Positions 1 through 11,862 are shown, counted from the stretch's first letter. The stretch: DNA of 20,000 bases from Vezdaea acicularis (GCA_026025075.1 JAPEUI010000082.1:61701-81700), one strand, 5' to 3'. Notes: generated by a model from the letters alone, not told the origin. Numbers and translations: made by a program.

Positions 1-410
1 CTCCTTCCGATCCTCTGTGCCGTTCCTGCGTTCAATGGTCATGTTGATAGCCCAGCCGCAGCTGCTTGAATGATGCAAATGCTCCGCAACGGGGTCATCG
101 TCCTCTTCCCAGCCGTCGAGAGACCTATTGCACAAAAAACAAGTGACATTGTCGTCGGTCGAAGCTACGGGTTTGTAGTAAAATCCGGCTTTAGCAAGCT
201 GTAGAGGTCAGCATCAATGATCGCAGAGGGATATCTACCGAGAAAATCAGCTGAACAGACCTGATCCGGTGAGGGTGTAATATGTGGCCACTTTAATCCC
301 TTGGTGCCTTTGGTGCTAGCTGCCGATGGCCTTCTCTTTGGTTGATGGTGGGCTACCGCGAAAGACGCCAGGCGGCCTTCATAGGTATGTATAGCTTCTG
401 GCGCCAGCAT
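1..410 (-). CDS. BIR1: BIR-domain inhibitor-of-apoptosis / chromosomal passenger protein (survivin/Bir1-like), 5' part only; continues beyond the window start
   Basis: Exon 1 410..261 (MLAPEAIHTYEGRLASF...KWPHITPSPDQ), intron 260..199 (GTCTGT...GCTGAC...CAG), exon 2 198..1 reads LAKAGFYYKPVASTDDNVTCFLCNRSLDGWEEDDDPVAEHLHHSSSCGWA. Contains the BIR signature RxxSF...WP...LAxAGF...CxxC...W...DDP..EH...C with all CCHC zinc ligands. Confidence 0.93.
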
Positions 411-789
411 CCTGAAGATGCAAGAGCAATGTGATTTTCCCGACTAGTCAATCAACGTAAAATGATAACTTTTGGTCGTGGGCGCACTGATGCTATAAAG
501 CGTTAATGGTCTGTGTTTGTTGTTATGCTGCCCTCTCGCCAAATTCGAGATCGGAACACCCTCGCGTGTAGAAGTGACGCCTTTAGTGCCGCGCGATCAC
601 GTGTATTTCGCTTCTTCTCGAGATCTTAGTCAGCCGAACCTGCGAACGGGCGACTGCAATAGATCTTCTATTTGCTTCAATCATTGCAGACTTGCACCTC
701 ATGGCTGGCTTTTCTATGCAATGCCAGCTACAAGCCGCTAGTTCATTGGGATAGTGTAATAGTAAGCGTTGTCAAGGGGCAGTCCGGGC
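411..789. promoter_or_regulatory. Compact bidirectional promoter region between BIR1 and TAM41
   Basis: Divergent start codons at 410 (-) and 790 (+), 379 bp between them. Contains CTCGCGT (561-567, MCB-like on minus strand), CGCGCGA (590-596) and the E-box TCACGTG (597-603). Motif function is not demonstrated. Confidence 0.65.
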
Positions 790-2447
790 ATGGCTTTGCG
801 GCAGATTCCTGTAAGTCCCAAGCCGAAAATTCCCGAATTGAAGGCTCCTTAGTACAACTAACTAGCCAATCGATGAAAGCTTTCACGAGCATCAAGGAAA
901 GCCATCAAGACTCAGTCCCTTCTGATAGTACGAGTTGGGTGGCAGTATCGATGGCGAATCCCTCTACCAGTTCAGAGATCTTTTGCGTCCCAAGCGTCGC
1001 AACGATCACAACAATCGAAACCTCCTACCAATAGTAATGCTCTCCTAGCACCAGCGCTGTAGGATCGAAAACTAATATCGCTACCTATTCAGCCTCTCTC
1101 CTCACCAGCTCGTCCTTGCCCCCAAAAGCTAGCTCTACGCCCCGTAATTGGGAGGATAACCCCAACTTCAACATCTCCACATTTTCAGAGCTACCACACT
1201 CAAATTTTGGCGTCAACCAGCATATGATCATCAACGATGAATTCAAAGAAGCACTGAGACAGATCTTATGGCAATTTCGCGCTCCTATCCGATATGCTTT
1301 CGCTTATGGCTCAGGGGTCTTCCCTCAAAGCTCTGGTCCTTCTTCTTCTAGCAAATCATCTATTCACCCGTCACCTAGCCCTGCCATTACAAAGGCACAA
1401 GCAGGAGGTGGGAAGATGATTGATTTCATATTTGGTGTTTCTTATACTCAGCATTGGCATTCACTTAACCTTCATCAACATCGCAGTCATTACTCTCTAC
1501 TAGGAAGCCTTGGATCCGCGGTTGTATCGAGAGTACAGGATCGTTATGGCGCTGGAGTATACTTTAACCCATACGTAACGGTCAACGGCACTCTCATCAA
1601 GTATGGTGTCGTCAATCTCGACACTCTTTGTAATGATCTAAGTACTTGGTCGACACTCTATATTGCTGGACGTCTCCAGAAACCAGTCAAGATACTTCGA
1701 GATGACCCTCGTGTAAGACTGGCCAACCAAATTAATCTGATATCAGCCCTGCGGACGGCTCTCTTACTCCTCCCACCTTCGTTTACAGAACGAGAGCTTT
1801 ACGGAACGATCGCAGGTATCAGCTACATGGGAGATCTTCGTATGTCTCTCCCAACTGAAAACCCTCATAAAGTTGCCAATATCGTCAGCCAGCAATTATC
1901 CAACTTCAGAAAGCTTTATGCTCCTCTTGTAGAAAATTTACCGAACGTCTCTTTCAAGGATCCTCGTTGTAATAACCCAGATTGGCATCAAGATCCCGAC
2001 ACGAACGCGACCCTTGCACAAGACATGGATCCCGTCAAACGTGGAAACATGGTCCGTCGCTTACCAAAGGCATTCCGTGAGAAGCTTTACTTTTTATATC
2101 AAGAGAAATTCCAGATCCCACAATTGGAGTTCAACAAGATGATGGAGGCGAGCAAGGACGAGGATGAGCAAGGTATCAAACGCCAACAGGGTGGAGAGTT
2201 TGAACAACGCATTGCGGGAGACAAGGATGGTCTAAGTAATAGTGTCCAAGGCGCAATCAAAAAAACCATCGGGTGGCCAAGTACGGCACAAAGTCTTAAA
2301 AGTGTGATTACTGCGGGGTTTGGCCGGACATGGAGATATATTAGGGAAAAAAACCAAAGAGCAAAGGAGGGAAGGTCAGCTGAAGCGATGGAGGAGAAAG
2401 AAAAGCCCAATCTGAAGAAAGAGGGCAATACCGAAGCAAAAAGTTAG
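790..2447 (+). CDS. TAM41: Mitochondrial phosphatidate cytidylyltransferase (CDP-diacylglycerol synthase, Tam41/Mmp37 family), about 509 aa
   Basis: Model join(790..810,880..1033,1093..2447); introns 811..879 (GTAAGT...ACTAAC...AAG) and 1034..1092 (GTAATG...ACTAAT...CAG) keep frame. N-terminus MALRQIPLSRASRKAIKTQSLLIVRVGWQYRWR... is an Arg-rich, acid-free presequence. Family motifs FAYGSGVF, MIDFIF, GVYFNPYV, IKYGVV, YIAGRLQKPV, ISYMGDLRM, ENPHKVANIV. Confidence 0.95.
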
Positions 2448-3376
2448 AAAAGAGTGTCATCTTTTGGCTGTCTGGCGCTGCATAGTTGGTCCAGCATATT
2501 GCATGAGCATCCGCGATGAGTTATCATACAAATGGGGTCATCGGTGACTAGGTACGTAGGGTCAACATCGGCGTTCTGGCGGATGGGGTTTTCCTCGAGA
2601 GAAAGGAAGGTAGCGGATGCCAGACCTACATAAAGTATCGTGGCTATGAGACTACTTTCGCTCTCTGTCTTGTAATTCTGGCATAACGTAGATTTTTAAA
2701 GACACCAGGGCTGAGAATCCCGGATGGAGGGTGTACAAAACCATTGTTCTACATAAAATATCAACGAAAAGCGCTGTCTGACTATGACGTGATCTTGCCA
2801 CTGAGAGCCTTAACAAACGAAGCTTTAGCTTCTCTCAGGTTGTGAGGTTGTGGTCCGCTTCGCTTGGGGTAGAGCCTGAGGCTCCAAGCTTTGACCATGA
2901 TGGAGTGCCCGAGATTGACACATACGCGAGTGATATCGCAGCGGGAACCAGGAGCTTTAGTGCCGCTTAGAATTCAAGCTCGACCGGCTTCCATGCTGAG
3001 GCACAAACGTCTCTAATGTTCCAATGCAGCATTTACATCTAGGCCAGAGCTCTCTTATCCTTTAGGCTATTCTTCACACCTGAAAACGCTTCTATTGGCC
3101 TGAATGACCCGAGGCCTTGGGGCAAGGCTGAGGTTGGTCAACACACATTTGTTGAAACACGAAGCCTTCCCAGTACGAGATTCAAACTCATTCGCTCTCT
3201 TTGCGCAGCGCACTGCACCTTTTTTTACCTGCCAACCTACGAAAGCGCACATAAGAGCTACTGACAAAGGTTCTGTCACGCATGCTCTCCTCGCTGGTTC
3301 CTCTCGTTTTTGCTCCCCCACGGCCGCTGCTAAAAGTCTAAAGAGTCGTTTTCGTCTGTTTTCCACCATTGCAAGG

Positions 3377-6300
3377 ATGGATACTCCAGAGCTTCGAAGT
3401 AAACGGAAGCAGCCTCCGTCGCCGGTCCTTGAACGTCCGCCCAAACACAATAGACCAGGAACAGTGCCCATAATAGAAGGCGACTCCACCCCAGAGGTCG
3501 ATCATCTCAACGGAGTTGAGACCGACCTGGATGACACACTACCGGCTCACGTTCGACAAGTCGCTGCTGCAGACACAGCAGAATGGCAGGCTACCATCGA
3601 AGCTGTTGTAAAGAACGTTGTCTCAATACGCTTCTGTCAGACCTGTTCCTTTGACACTGATACCGCTGTATCAAGCGAGGCTACTGGCTTTGTCGTGGAC
3701 GCGGAAGCAGGCTACATCCTTACAAATCGGCATGTGGTATGCGCAGGACCGTTTTGGGGTTACTGTATCTTCGATAATCATGAGGAGGTATTGCTTTTGC
3801 TGTATGCTTATGAATCGAAATACATACTAACTGCAGCAGTGTGATGTCTACCCGGTATACCGCGATCCAGTTCACGACTTTGGTATTCTCAAATTTGAAC
3901 CCTCGGAGATTAAATACATGCCAGTAGCTGCACTCAAGCTAAGGCCAGATCTCGCCCGTGTTGGGTCAGAGATTCGGGTCGTTGGAAACGACGCTGGCGA
4001 GAAGCTTAGTATCCTTTCGGGCGTCATCAGTCGACTAGATAGGAATGCTCCAGAGTATGGCGAGGGTTATAGTGATTTCAACACAAATTATATTCAGGCA
4101 GCAGCGGCAGCGAGCGGAGGTAGCTCGGGGAGTCCTGTTGTAAATATCGATGGTAACGCTGTCGCTTTACAAGCCGGTGGCCGTGCGGACGGTGCTGCGA
4201 CGGACTATTTTCTTCCATTAGATCGGCCCCTTCGCGCTCTTGAATGTGTCCAGAAAGGCTTGCCCATTACTCGCGGAACCATTCAATGTCAATGGATGAT
4301 CAAACCCTTCGATGAGTGTCGACGCCTAGGTCTTACACAAGAAACAGAAGGGGCCATCAGGAGACAATTTCCAAAAGAAACGGGCATGCTGGTAGCAGAG
4401 GTCGTGCTTCCAGAAGGACCAGCCGATGGGAAGATTGAAGAAGGCGACGTACTCATCAAGGTTAACGGCGAATTGCTAACTCAGTTTGTTCGGCTTGACG
4501 ATATACTTGACTCAAGCGTAGGCCAGAAGGTCAAGATTCACATACAAAGAGGTGGGGAAGATATGGAGGTAGATTTAGAAGTGGGTGATCTTCACGTCAT
4601 TACTCCAGACCGATTCGTTTCTGTCGCTGGGGCGGCTTTTCATAATCTGTCTTACCAACAAGCAAGACTCTACGCTGTAGCAGTGAAAGGCGTTTTTGTC
4701 TGTGAAGCTGCAGGATCTTTCCGATTTGAAAACATGGAGCAGGGGTGGATAATTCAGTCAATAGACCAGAAAGAGACCCCTGATTTAGATACATTCGTAG
4801 AAGTTATGAAAGGGATACCCGGTACGTTTGATACTAGAGTTTCATGGCCTTCTCCATAACTGACCCTTCCAGACCGCGCTAGAGTGGTTGTCACCTACAA
4901 ACACCTTCGAGATCTTCACACCCTAAATACAAGCATTTTATATATTGACCGACACTGGACGAGTAACATGAGGATGGCAGTTCGTAACGACACAACTGGC
5001 AAGTGGGATTTTACCGACCTTGCGGAAGCACTTCCCCCTAAACCTCCTGTCCCTCGAAAAGCCAACTTCATCCGCCTCGATAGTGTCAGCCACCCTGCAG
5101 CTGCAGATATCATACGCAGTTTCGTTCGTATTTCTTGCAACATGCCCGTGAAGCTTGATGGTTTTCCAAGAGCTCGTAAGATTGGCTTTGGCTTAGTCAT
5201 TGATAAAGAACAGGGCCTAGTCGTCGTTTCTCGGGCAATCGTGCCATATGATTTGTGCGATATTTCCATTACAGTTGCAGATTCAATTATCGTTGATGGA
5301 AAGGTGGTTTTCATGCATCCACTGCAGAATTACGCCATCATCAAATATGACCCTTCTCTTGTAGAAGCACCTGTCAAGAGCGCGAAGCTTAGTGAAAAGC
5401 CTATCAAGCAGGGAGAGTCAACTATATTCCTCGGATTCAATCAAAACCTACGCGTAGTTGTCGCCAAAACTACGGTCACAGATATTACAACAGTCGGCAT
5501 CCCCGCCAATTCTTCAGCTCCAAGGTACCGAGCTATTAACCTTGATGCAATCACGGTGGACACGAATCTGAGCGGGCAATGTGGCAGCGGCGTTCTTGTA
5601 TCTGAAGACGGAACAGTCCAGGCCCTTTGGCTCAGCTACCTGGGGGAACGTTCGCCACACTCCAACAAGGATATTGAGTACCATCTTGGGCTTGCGACAC
5701 CCACACTTCTTCCCGTCCTTAGAGAAATTGGCAAGGGCAGGGTACCAAAGCTTAGGATGCTCAACGTTGAGTTCAACACCGTTCAAATGAGTCAAGCCAG
5801 AATTATGGGCGTGGCGGAAACCTGGATTGAGCAAGTCGAGAAAGTCAATCCGGAGCGGCATCAGCTCTTCATGGTCCGCAAGGTTGAGTGCGGCCATGAT
5901 CAGGCTCTACAAGAGGGTGACATTATCCTGACACTTAATGGGAACCTGATCACCCGCGTTAGCGAGCTTGACATCATGTACGACAACGACGTTTTGGAAG
6001 CAGTTGTTGTCAGAAAGGAACAACAAATGACTATCAATGTCCCTACTGTCCCAACTGAGGACCTTGAGACTGACCGAGCGGTTATCTTCTGTGGTGCAGT
6101 CCTACACCGTCCACACCACGCAGTTAGGCAGTCGATAAGCAAATTGCATTCCGAGGTCTACGTGTCCTCAAGGGTAAGGCCACGTTCTTTGTTCAAAGTA
6201 CTATTATGCGGAAGTTCCTTGTTAACTTGGAATAGTCCCGAGGATCTCCCTCCTATCAGTACGGTCTAGCCTCCACAAACTTCATCACGGCTGTAAATGG

Positions 6301-6630
6301 CGTCAAAACGCCTGACCTTCAAGCATTTGTCCAAGAGGTCAACAAGATCCCGGATAACACTTGTAAATAGCTCTCAAGCCTACGATTGATAGCCTACTGA
6401 TTCCCGCTACAGATTTCCGACTCAAAGCGGTCACCTTCGATAACGTGCCGTGGGTGATCACTATGAAGAAGAACGAGCACTACTTCCCCACGGTGGAGTT
6501 CATTAAAGACCCCGCAGAAGCTTGTGGATGGCGTAGAGTCACCTATGAAAATGGGACCGCTCACAAAGGCGTCGGCTCGCCACCACCCGAGCGTATCACG
6601 GATGAGGCGATGGTAGAGGGCGAAGACTGA
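3377..6630 (+). CDS. NMA111: HtrA-like serine protease with PDZ domains (Nma111/Ynm3 family), about 1012 aa from ATG 3377
   Basis: Model join(3377..3787,3840..4821,4873..6173,6236..6362,6413..6630); four GT-AG introns, total 3039 nt, frame consistent. Catalytic triad intact: ILTNRHVV (His), RDPVHDFG (Asp), GGSSGSPV (Ser). Followed by PDZ-like domains and a second degenerate protease-like repeat; basic NLS-like RSKRK near the N-terminus. An in-frame upstream ATG exists at 3104 (see findings). Confidence 0.95.
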
Positions 6631-7335
6631 TAGAATGGTAAACATTCAGGACGGAAGGAGCCAAAAGGTCGCTACAATATATGCTTTGGGGGCATAGAAA
6701 CTGGATAACACCTAAACGCTTCGTACCAAGCTGTATTAATACTAGAATCTGCGGCTTAAACATGTCTAAAGCATTGCATCGTCTGATCCTAAAGACGGAC
6801 AACCTCAATGCGACACGCTTCACTGTAAATTCATTCCCTAGTTGTGAATATGCGTTTCTTCCCCACCAAGCCTGCTTCCTATACCAAAAAACCATCAGAT
6901 GAGCCACAGACTTATTTCAAAGCTGTAGTATGTGAAAGGATCGGAGCGCATTGTCCAACAGAAATAGCACCCCTGTCGAGCCGCACTCAGTAGCGAGACC
7001 AATTTCCCGAATTGTCGAATGGCACAGACAAAGGTGCAGCGAGCTCATCCTTCAGGGCCTCTTCCTTCATGCGCCCAATGCCTTTGATCTGCAAGTGTGG
7101 GACTGCTGTGACTGTTTATAGACCGCTTAACGCCATCTCAGCTCAAGTGAACATCGTATCTCCTTATGCTGTGAAATTTCACGTTCGCTGAGCTCGAGAA
7201 GTCTGCTCAGGCGTGAGACCAAATCTGCGACAGCCCCAGACATTTTGGCCTCGTGCAGAGAGTGAGCTTTGCTCGTGAGAAAAACCTTGGAAGTCATTGA
7301 AGTCAAATTCACCACAAGCCTTCCTACTTCATGAA

Positions 7336-9949
7336 ATGCGCCGTTATGCGGCGTCAGCGGTCGCAACAGCCTCCTCGGCAGTGCCTACCGCCGAGGCGGA
7401 CAGTGACGGTATAAAAGCACTTCGCTACGAAGATACGAAAGCCTCCAAGCCCCCAGTACTCGTTGATCGCCCTCCCCCTCGAGAGCAAGCTCTGCGACAA
7501 CCACGCGCCAATGGGGAAACGAACAGACTCACCAAGAGGCCTCCAATGTCTCCCTCTCTAAGCACCCCTCTTCGAGCACGACGAACCTACTTCGGCCTCG
7601 ATAAGCGACGAGACTCAGGCATCGCGACGACTGCTGGGACAAGCCCTACAATCAACGGCGATGGGGGTGCTTCAAATGGCTCGGCAGAGGGACCGAATGT
7701 GCCGCAGATACTAGTCGGCGGAGAGAGGCATGAGGGCGAGACTGCGGATACGGCTAATGGCATGACCTTTGGGGGCGGATCACACCTGGATGGTGTCTCG
7801 TCGAGCAGGGAGGAAGCTGACAAAGCATTCCGGATATCAATGAATCTCCCATCGGAGAACCTACTAGGCCTGGATTCGATGGATCAGCTCTCCTTCTCGA
7901 AAAGAGGAAGCATTCTTTTGGGGGGCAGAAAGGGAGTTTCTGGCAACAAGTCGAAGGGGAAATCGGAGCCCGATAATGGGAGCGCACAAGCCGATTCTCC
8001 GACACTAGGACAGAACGCTTTTTCCAGTCCTATCCTATCGCAGGACGAAGATATACTTTCTCAAAGGGTGCGATCAATGTACGAGTACGGCGAGTACGCT
8101 GGGCCAGATTACAAAAGCGGCCGTTTATCACGGTTAGTGAACGGTTCGGACCCCGTGGAGGAGGCCGTATCAGACGAAGAAGCTGGAGGTACGCCAACGG
8201 ACGCCATGCGACGGCTCCAAGGAACAAGTAGCCTCGGCCCCAGCCTTGCGCCAAGTACACTTACCTCAAGTCGAGCAAGCCGAGTAGTAAATCGACGAGA
8301 AAGCATGATCATCCGGGAAGAGAACGAGTTAGCAGGGGGAATTGAAGACTGGGACAATCTTGAAGGGCAAGAAGTAGACCGCTACGGTTTCATCGTCCCC
8401 GCGAAGTCAGGCTACGACTCTGCGAATAGCTCGGTACGGAGGGCGATATCGCCTGAGCCTAATGCTCCGCACCGGGTGTCTACGATCCTTCATAATATAT
8501 CAGAAAGCCCCCGAAGGAGACGCTCTTACAAGCGCTCTCCATCAGCCACTCGGACCAGCAGATCAGAAACGCCAGTACAAAGGGCCGTAAGCAGAAAAAC
8601 ATCTGGACGGTCACTACGACCCCCTGGCTCGATCAGTTCCTATCAAGACAGTGTAGACTATAGTAGAAGCACTACAGGTCCCTCTCCTCTTCGCTTCGCG
8701 ACAAATAGGCTTCCGCAAAATAGGGGCCGCCGATGGATGGATGAGGCGGGTGACATGTTGACTTTACCACCAGGTCTAGCAGACATCGTCGAGCAGGAAG
8801 AAGGGGGTAAAGCAGAGCAAGAAATGAAAGAGAAGGAAGTCGAACGCATGGAGAAATGGCGAAAAATGGCCAAAGCTGTGAAGACAGGAAAAATAGGAAA
8901 AACAGGCAGCGACGCGAATGCAATAGGGGAAGGGATGCGCTTCGAATTCGATACTCGTGACCCAAAGGTATGTTCAGCCCTTATCTTCGTTTGATCCTAG
9001 AACATCCTCACTAAATCGTCCACTCTAGCTCATAACCCGTACCTGGAAAGGCATACCCGACCGCTGGCGCGCCGCCGCATGGTCGTCCTTCCTACGCGCC
9101 TCCGCCTCGTTAACCCCAAACTCACTCACGGACGCCCAGCTGACCCAAACCTTCCACCATCTAACGACGCTCTCCTCCGCCGACGACGTCCAGATCGACA
9201 TCGACGTCCCGCGCACCATCAACGCCCACATCATGTTCCGCCGGCGCTACCGCGGCGGCCAGCGCCTCCTCTTCCGCGTGCTGCACGCCATGTCCCTGTA
9301 CTGCCCCTCCGTCGGGTACGTCCAGGGCATGGCCTCCCTAGCCGCCACGCTCCTCTGCTACTTCGACGAGGAGAGCGCCTTCGTCATGATGGTGCGCCTG
9401 TGGGACTTTCGCGGCTGCAAGCGCCTCTACGACCACGGCTTCACCGGCCTCATGGCCGCCCTCGCCGAGTTCGAATCCTGGATCGCCCCCGACGTCGGCG
9501 CTAAGCTCGCCCTCCTCGGCATCCCCCCCACCAGCTATGGCACCAGGTGGTACCTCACCCTCTTCAATTACTCCATCCCCTTCCCCGCCCAGCTGCGCGT
9601 CTGGGACGTCTTCATGCTATATGACCCCCGCACGCACCCGCCCTTGAACACGCCCAGCATCCCACGCACCCCGAAACCGCCCTCCTCCTCAGCCTCGAAT
9701 CGCAAGACGCTGAAGAAGGCTGCCCCTGACAAAGGCCCCGGGGAGGACGAGCAGAAAGCCTCCTTCGGCGCGCAGCTGGATGTCCTGCATGCCGTCAGCG
9801 CCGCGCTGATCGACGGCACGCGCGAGATCCTGCTCGACTCCGACTTTGAGAATGCCATGAAGGTCCTCACCTCTTGGATACCGATTCGCGACGAGGATCT
9901 GCTGATGAATGTGGCGTATGCTGAATGGCGCCGTTTTCATCGGCGGTGA
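7336..9949 (+). CDS. TBC-domain Rab GTPase-activating protein with long disordered Ser/Arg-rich N-terminus, about 850 aa
   Basis: Model join(7336..8967,9029..9949); intron 8968..9028 (GTATGT...TAG). Spliced product gives VDRYGF, EKWRKM, LITRTWKGIPDRWRAAAW, catalytic QIDIDVPRT (Arg finger), GYVQGM (Gln finger), RWYLTLF and LRVWDVF. Start codon uncertain: first in-frame ATG used, with an out-of-frame ATG at 7331. Confidence 0.9.
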
Positions 9950-10528
9950 CCTGTGACTCTGTTATTGTGCTGTGGTAGCTACTCCGTGTTTTTATCGTAT
10001 TCCTTTTCTCATCGGCGAGGTTTCTGGTTCTAGGCGTTCAGCTAGTTGCGTGGAGGGGCACTGCGCAGGATACCCTCGATAAAGGTAGTAAGTTAATAGA
10101 TAATCATAGTAATTGGGTTGCTGTAAAGAGCCGCCTTAATGTATCGATCGAACTTGAGGATCACGATGCGCCTTTAGCAGATCATCAATGCAGTTTCATA
10201 TGTGCATACGCTACTCTACAGATTCCGATATTCTCGAGTCTATTCCGCGCGATCCCTATTCGCTAGAAGCACACCATAGAAGCCCGAAGCAAATCCAGCG
10301 CAAGGCAAGCGCGTCTAAAGAAAGCCAAATTGGTGACTCGTCGAGAACAGATAGCAACAGTGGTCCTATGTTATTACCCACGTCTGATACGTGGCGCACA
10401 GTTATGCAAGCTCGACATGACGACTAGAACGGCCCGTAGACATTCGCTCGTCGGAGTTCAAATCGCGGCTTCTTATACCCTTCCATACGACAAAAAGAAA
10501 AAATTGCGCCAATGTCCCATCGAGCTTT

Positions 10529-11862
10529 TCAGGAGGCTTTGGATCCCTGAGCGCCAAGGAAGTCGGTGATCCATTTCCGGCTCTGTGCCGATACGTCCCG
10601 AGGTGCGAGCCCTCCCAAAAGAACGAAAAGGAGGAGGGTGATGACCCCAAAGACGATAATCTTTTTCTTGATAGGGCTCTTCTGCCCATATTCTTGCCAA
10701 GAAAGACTCATGTGGCTGATCAGCTCCTTAAGCTTGTCGCCGCCGAGCTTGTAGTATAGTAATCCGCCAATGGCGATGCTGTAGCCGAACATTTGGAGAG
10801 GGGTAATTTCGGTGCCCCAAATCAAGATTGAGGCTATGACCAAGAGGATGTCCTTGAGGATCCCGCAGAGCGTCATGACGAGAGACGAGGTCCTGCCAAT
10901 CTACGTATGTAATCAGAATGAGTATTCAAAGGGGTTGCATGAGGTGCAAACTTACCAAAAACACAACTGACACGTTAAGGGCGAAGGCAACAAGAGCGTT
11001 GGCCAGTAGCGTCCACAGGCCAACATTATAGACGTCCTGCATTGTGATATCCCTAGCTTCGACTACCAAGCTTACGAAGAAGTTCATAATAGCGCAGACT
11101 GGGGCAAAGTAGTAGAGCGAGACAAGAGGATCCATCTTGAACTCTGCAGAGCTGAGGAGCCGCTCCACCATGACCAACCGAACAGCCTCAAACATATTAC
11201 CTCCGACTTGGAAGATGAAGCCGATCAGGACAAATTGAATTTCACCGAAGGATGCAATGACGACACCAATGACGATGAAGGAGACGTTGATGAGAACCTT
11301 CATGCTCGGTTGAGCAACTCCAAGACCCCAACTAACGAGACACACGGCCACGGGCATGGTGGCTTTTAGCATCTGAATGAAAGCAACCGACAGGTATAGG
11401 TAGGTCAAGTTGCCGCAGATTAAGCTTAAGCTGAAGAAGAGCCCAATCGGAAAGATCGCTCGAAGATAGATCCGGCCGGTCATCTTCACTGTCTTTCGAC
11501 CATCAAGGAGAGTCGTGGTTCGGGCGAGGATTTGCGTCATTACAGTTGCAAAGGCCAGATGCCACGTTGTGAGGATGATTGGAAAGTGGAAGTTTGTCGT
11601 TGAAAGGATCCATTTATTGAAAAGGATAATACTCGAACTAAGCGAAATCCATGTACTATAATTACTAGTATAAGCGCTCTGTACCCAAATGATGAAAGCT
11701 CCTGAATGATGATATCCAAACTTACACAACGTAGAAGGAGGGGTGAAGAAGATTTGACGGTTTTTCCGGCTGCTTTGAGTCTGGATTGATTGTTGGAAGC
11801 ACTGGAGATGGGGCCCCCCTAGAGAGCTCTCCGGATGTGCGTACTTTCTCTTCGACTGCCAT
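10529..11862 (-). CDS. glfB: Golgi nucleotide-sugar transporter (TPT/DMT family), likely UDP-galactofuranose transporter, about 402 aa
   Basis: Model complement(join(10529..10900,10956..11655,11726..11862)); introns 11725..11656 and 10955..10901 both GTAAGT...TAG. Protein MAVEEKVRTSGE...LHPSFYVVTWISLSSSIILFNKWIL...FPIILTTWHL...LYLSVAFIQMLKA...LIGRTSSLVMTLCGILKDILLV with multiple hydrophobic helices. Divergent adjacency to UGM matches the established Aspergillus glfA-glfB (ugmA-ugtA) arrangement; specificity is inferred partly from that. Confidence 0.9.

Noticed and set aside
517..1034. ORF-track entries 517..741 and 672..1034 as independent genes
   Set aside because: Non-ATG starts overlapping the promoter and the spliced TAM41 5' exons, which read in another frame.
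3104..6630. NMA111, UGM and the kinase appearing as split ORFs (possible pseudogenes or frameshifting)
   Set aside because: Every break is explained by a canonical GT-AG intron that restores frame and conserved motifs.
9079..9504. Arg/Pro-rich 141-aa overlapping ORF and antisense ORFs in TBC exon 2
   Set aside because: Shadow frames produced by very high C/G third-position bias of the real gene.
10440..10475. GTTCAAATC resembling a tRNA T-loop / B-box
   Set aside because: Flanks do not form a T-stem or cloverleaf and I saw no A-box; it lies in the likely glfB 3' UTR.
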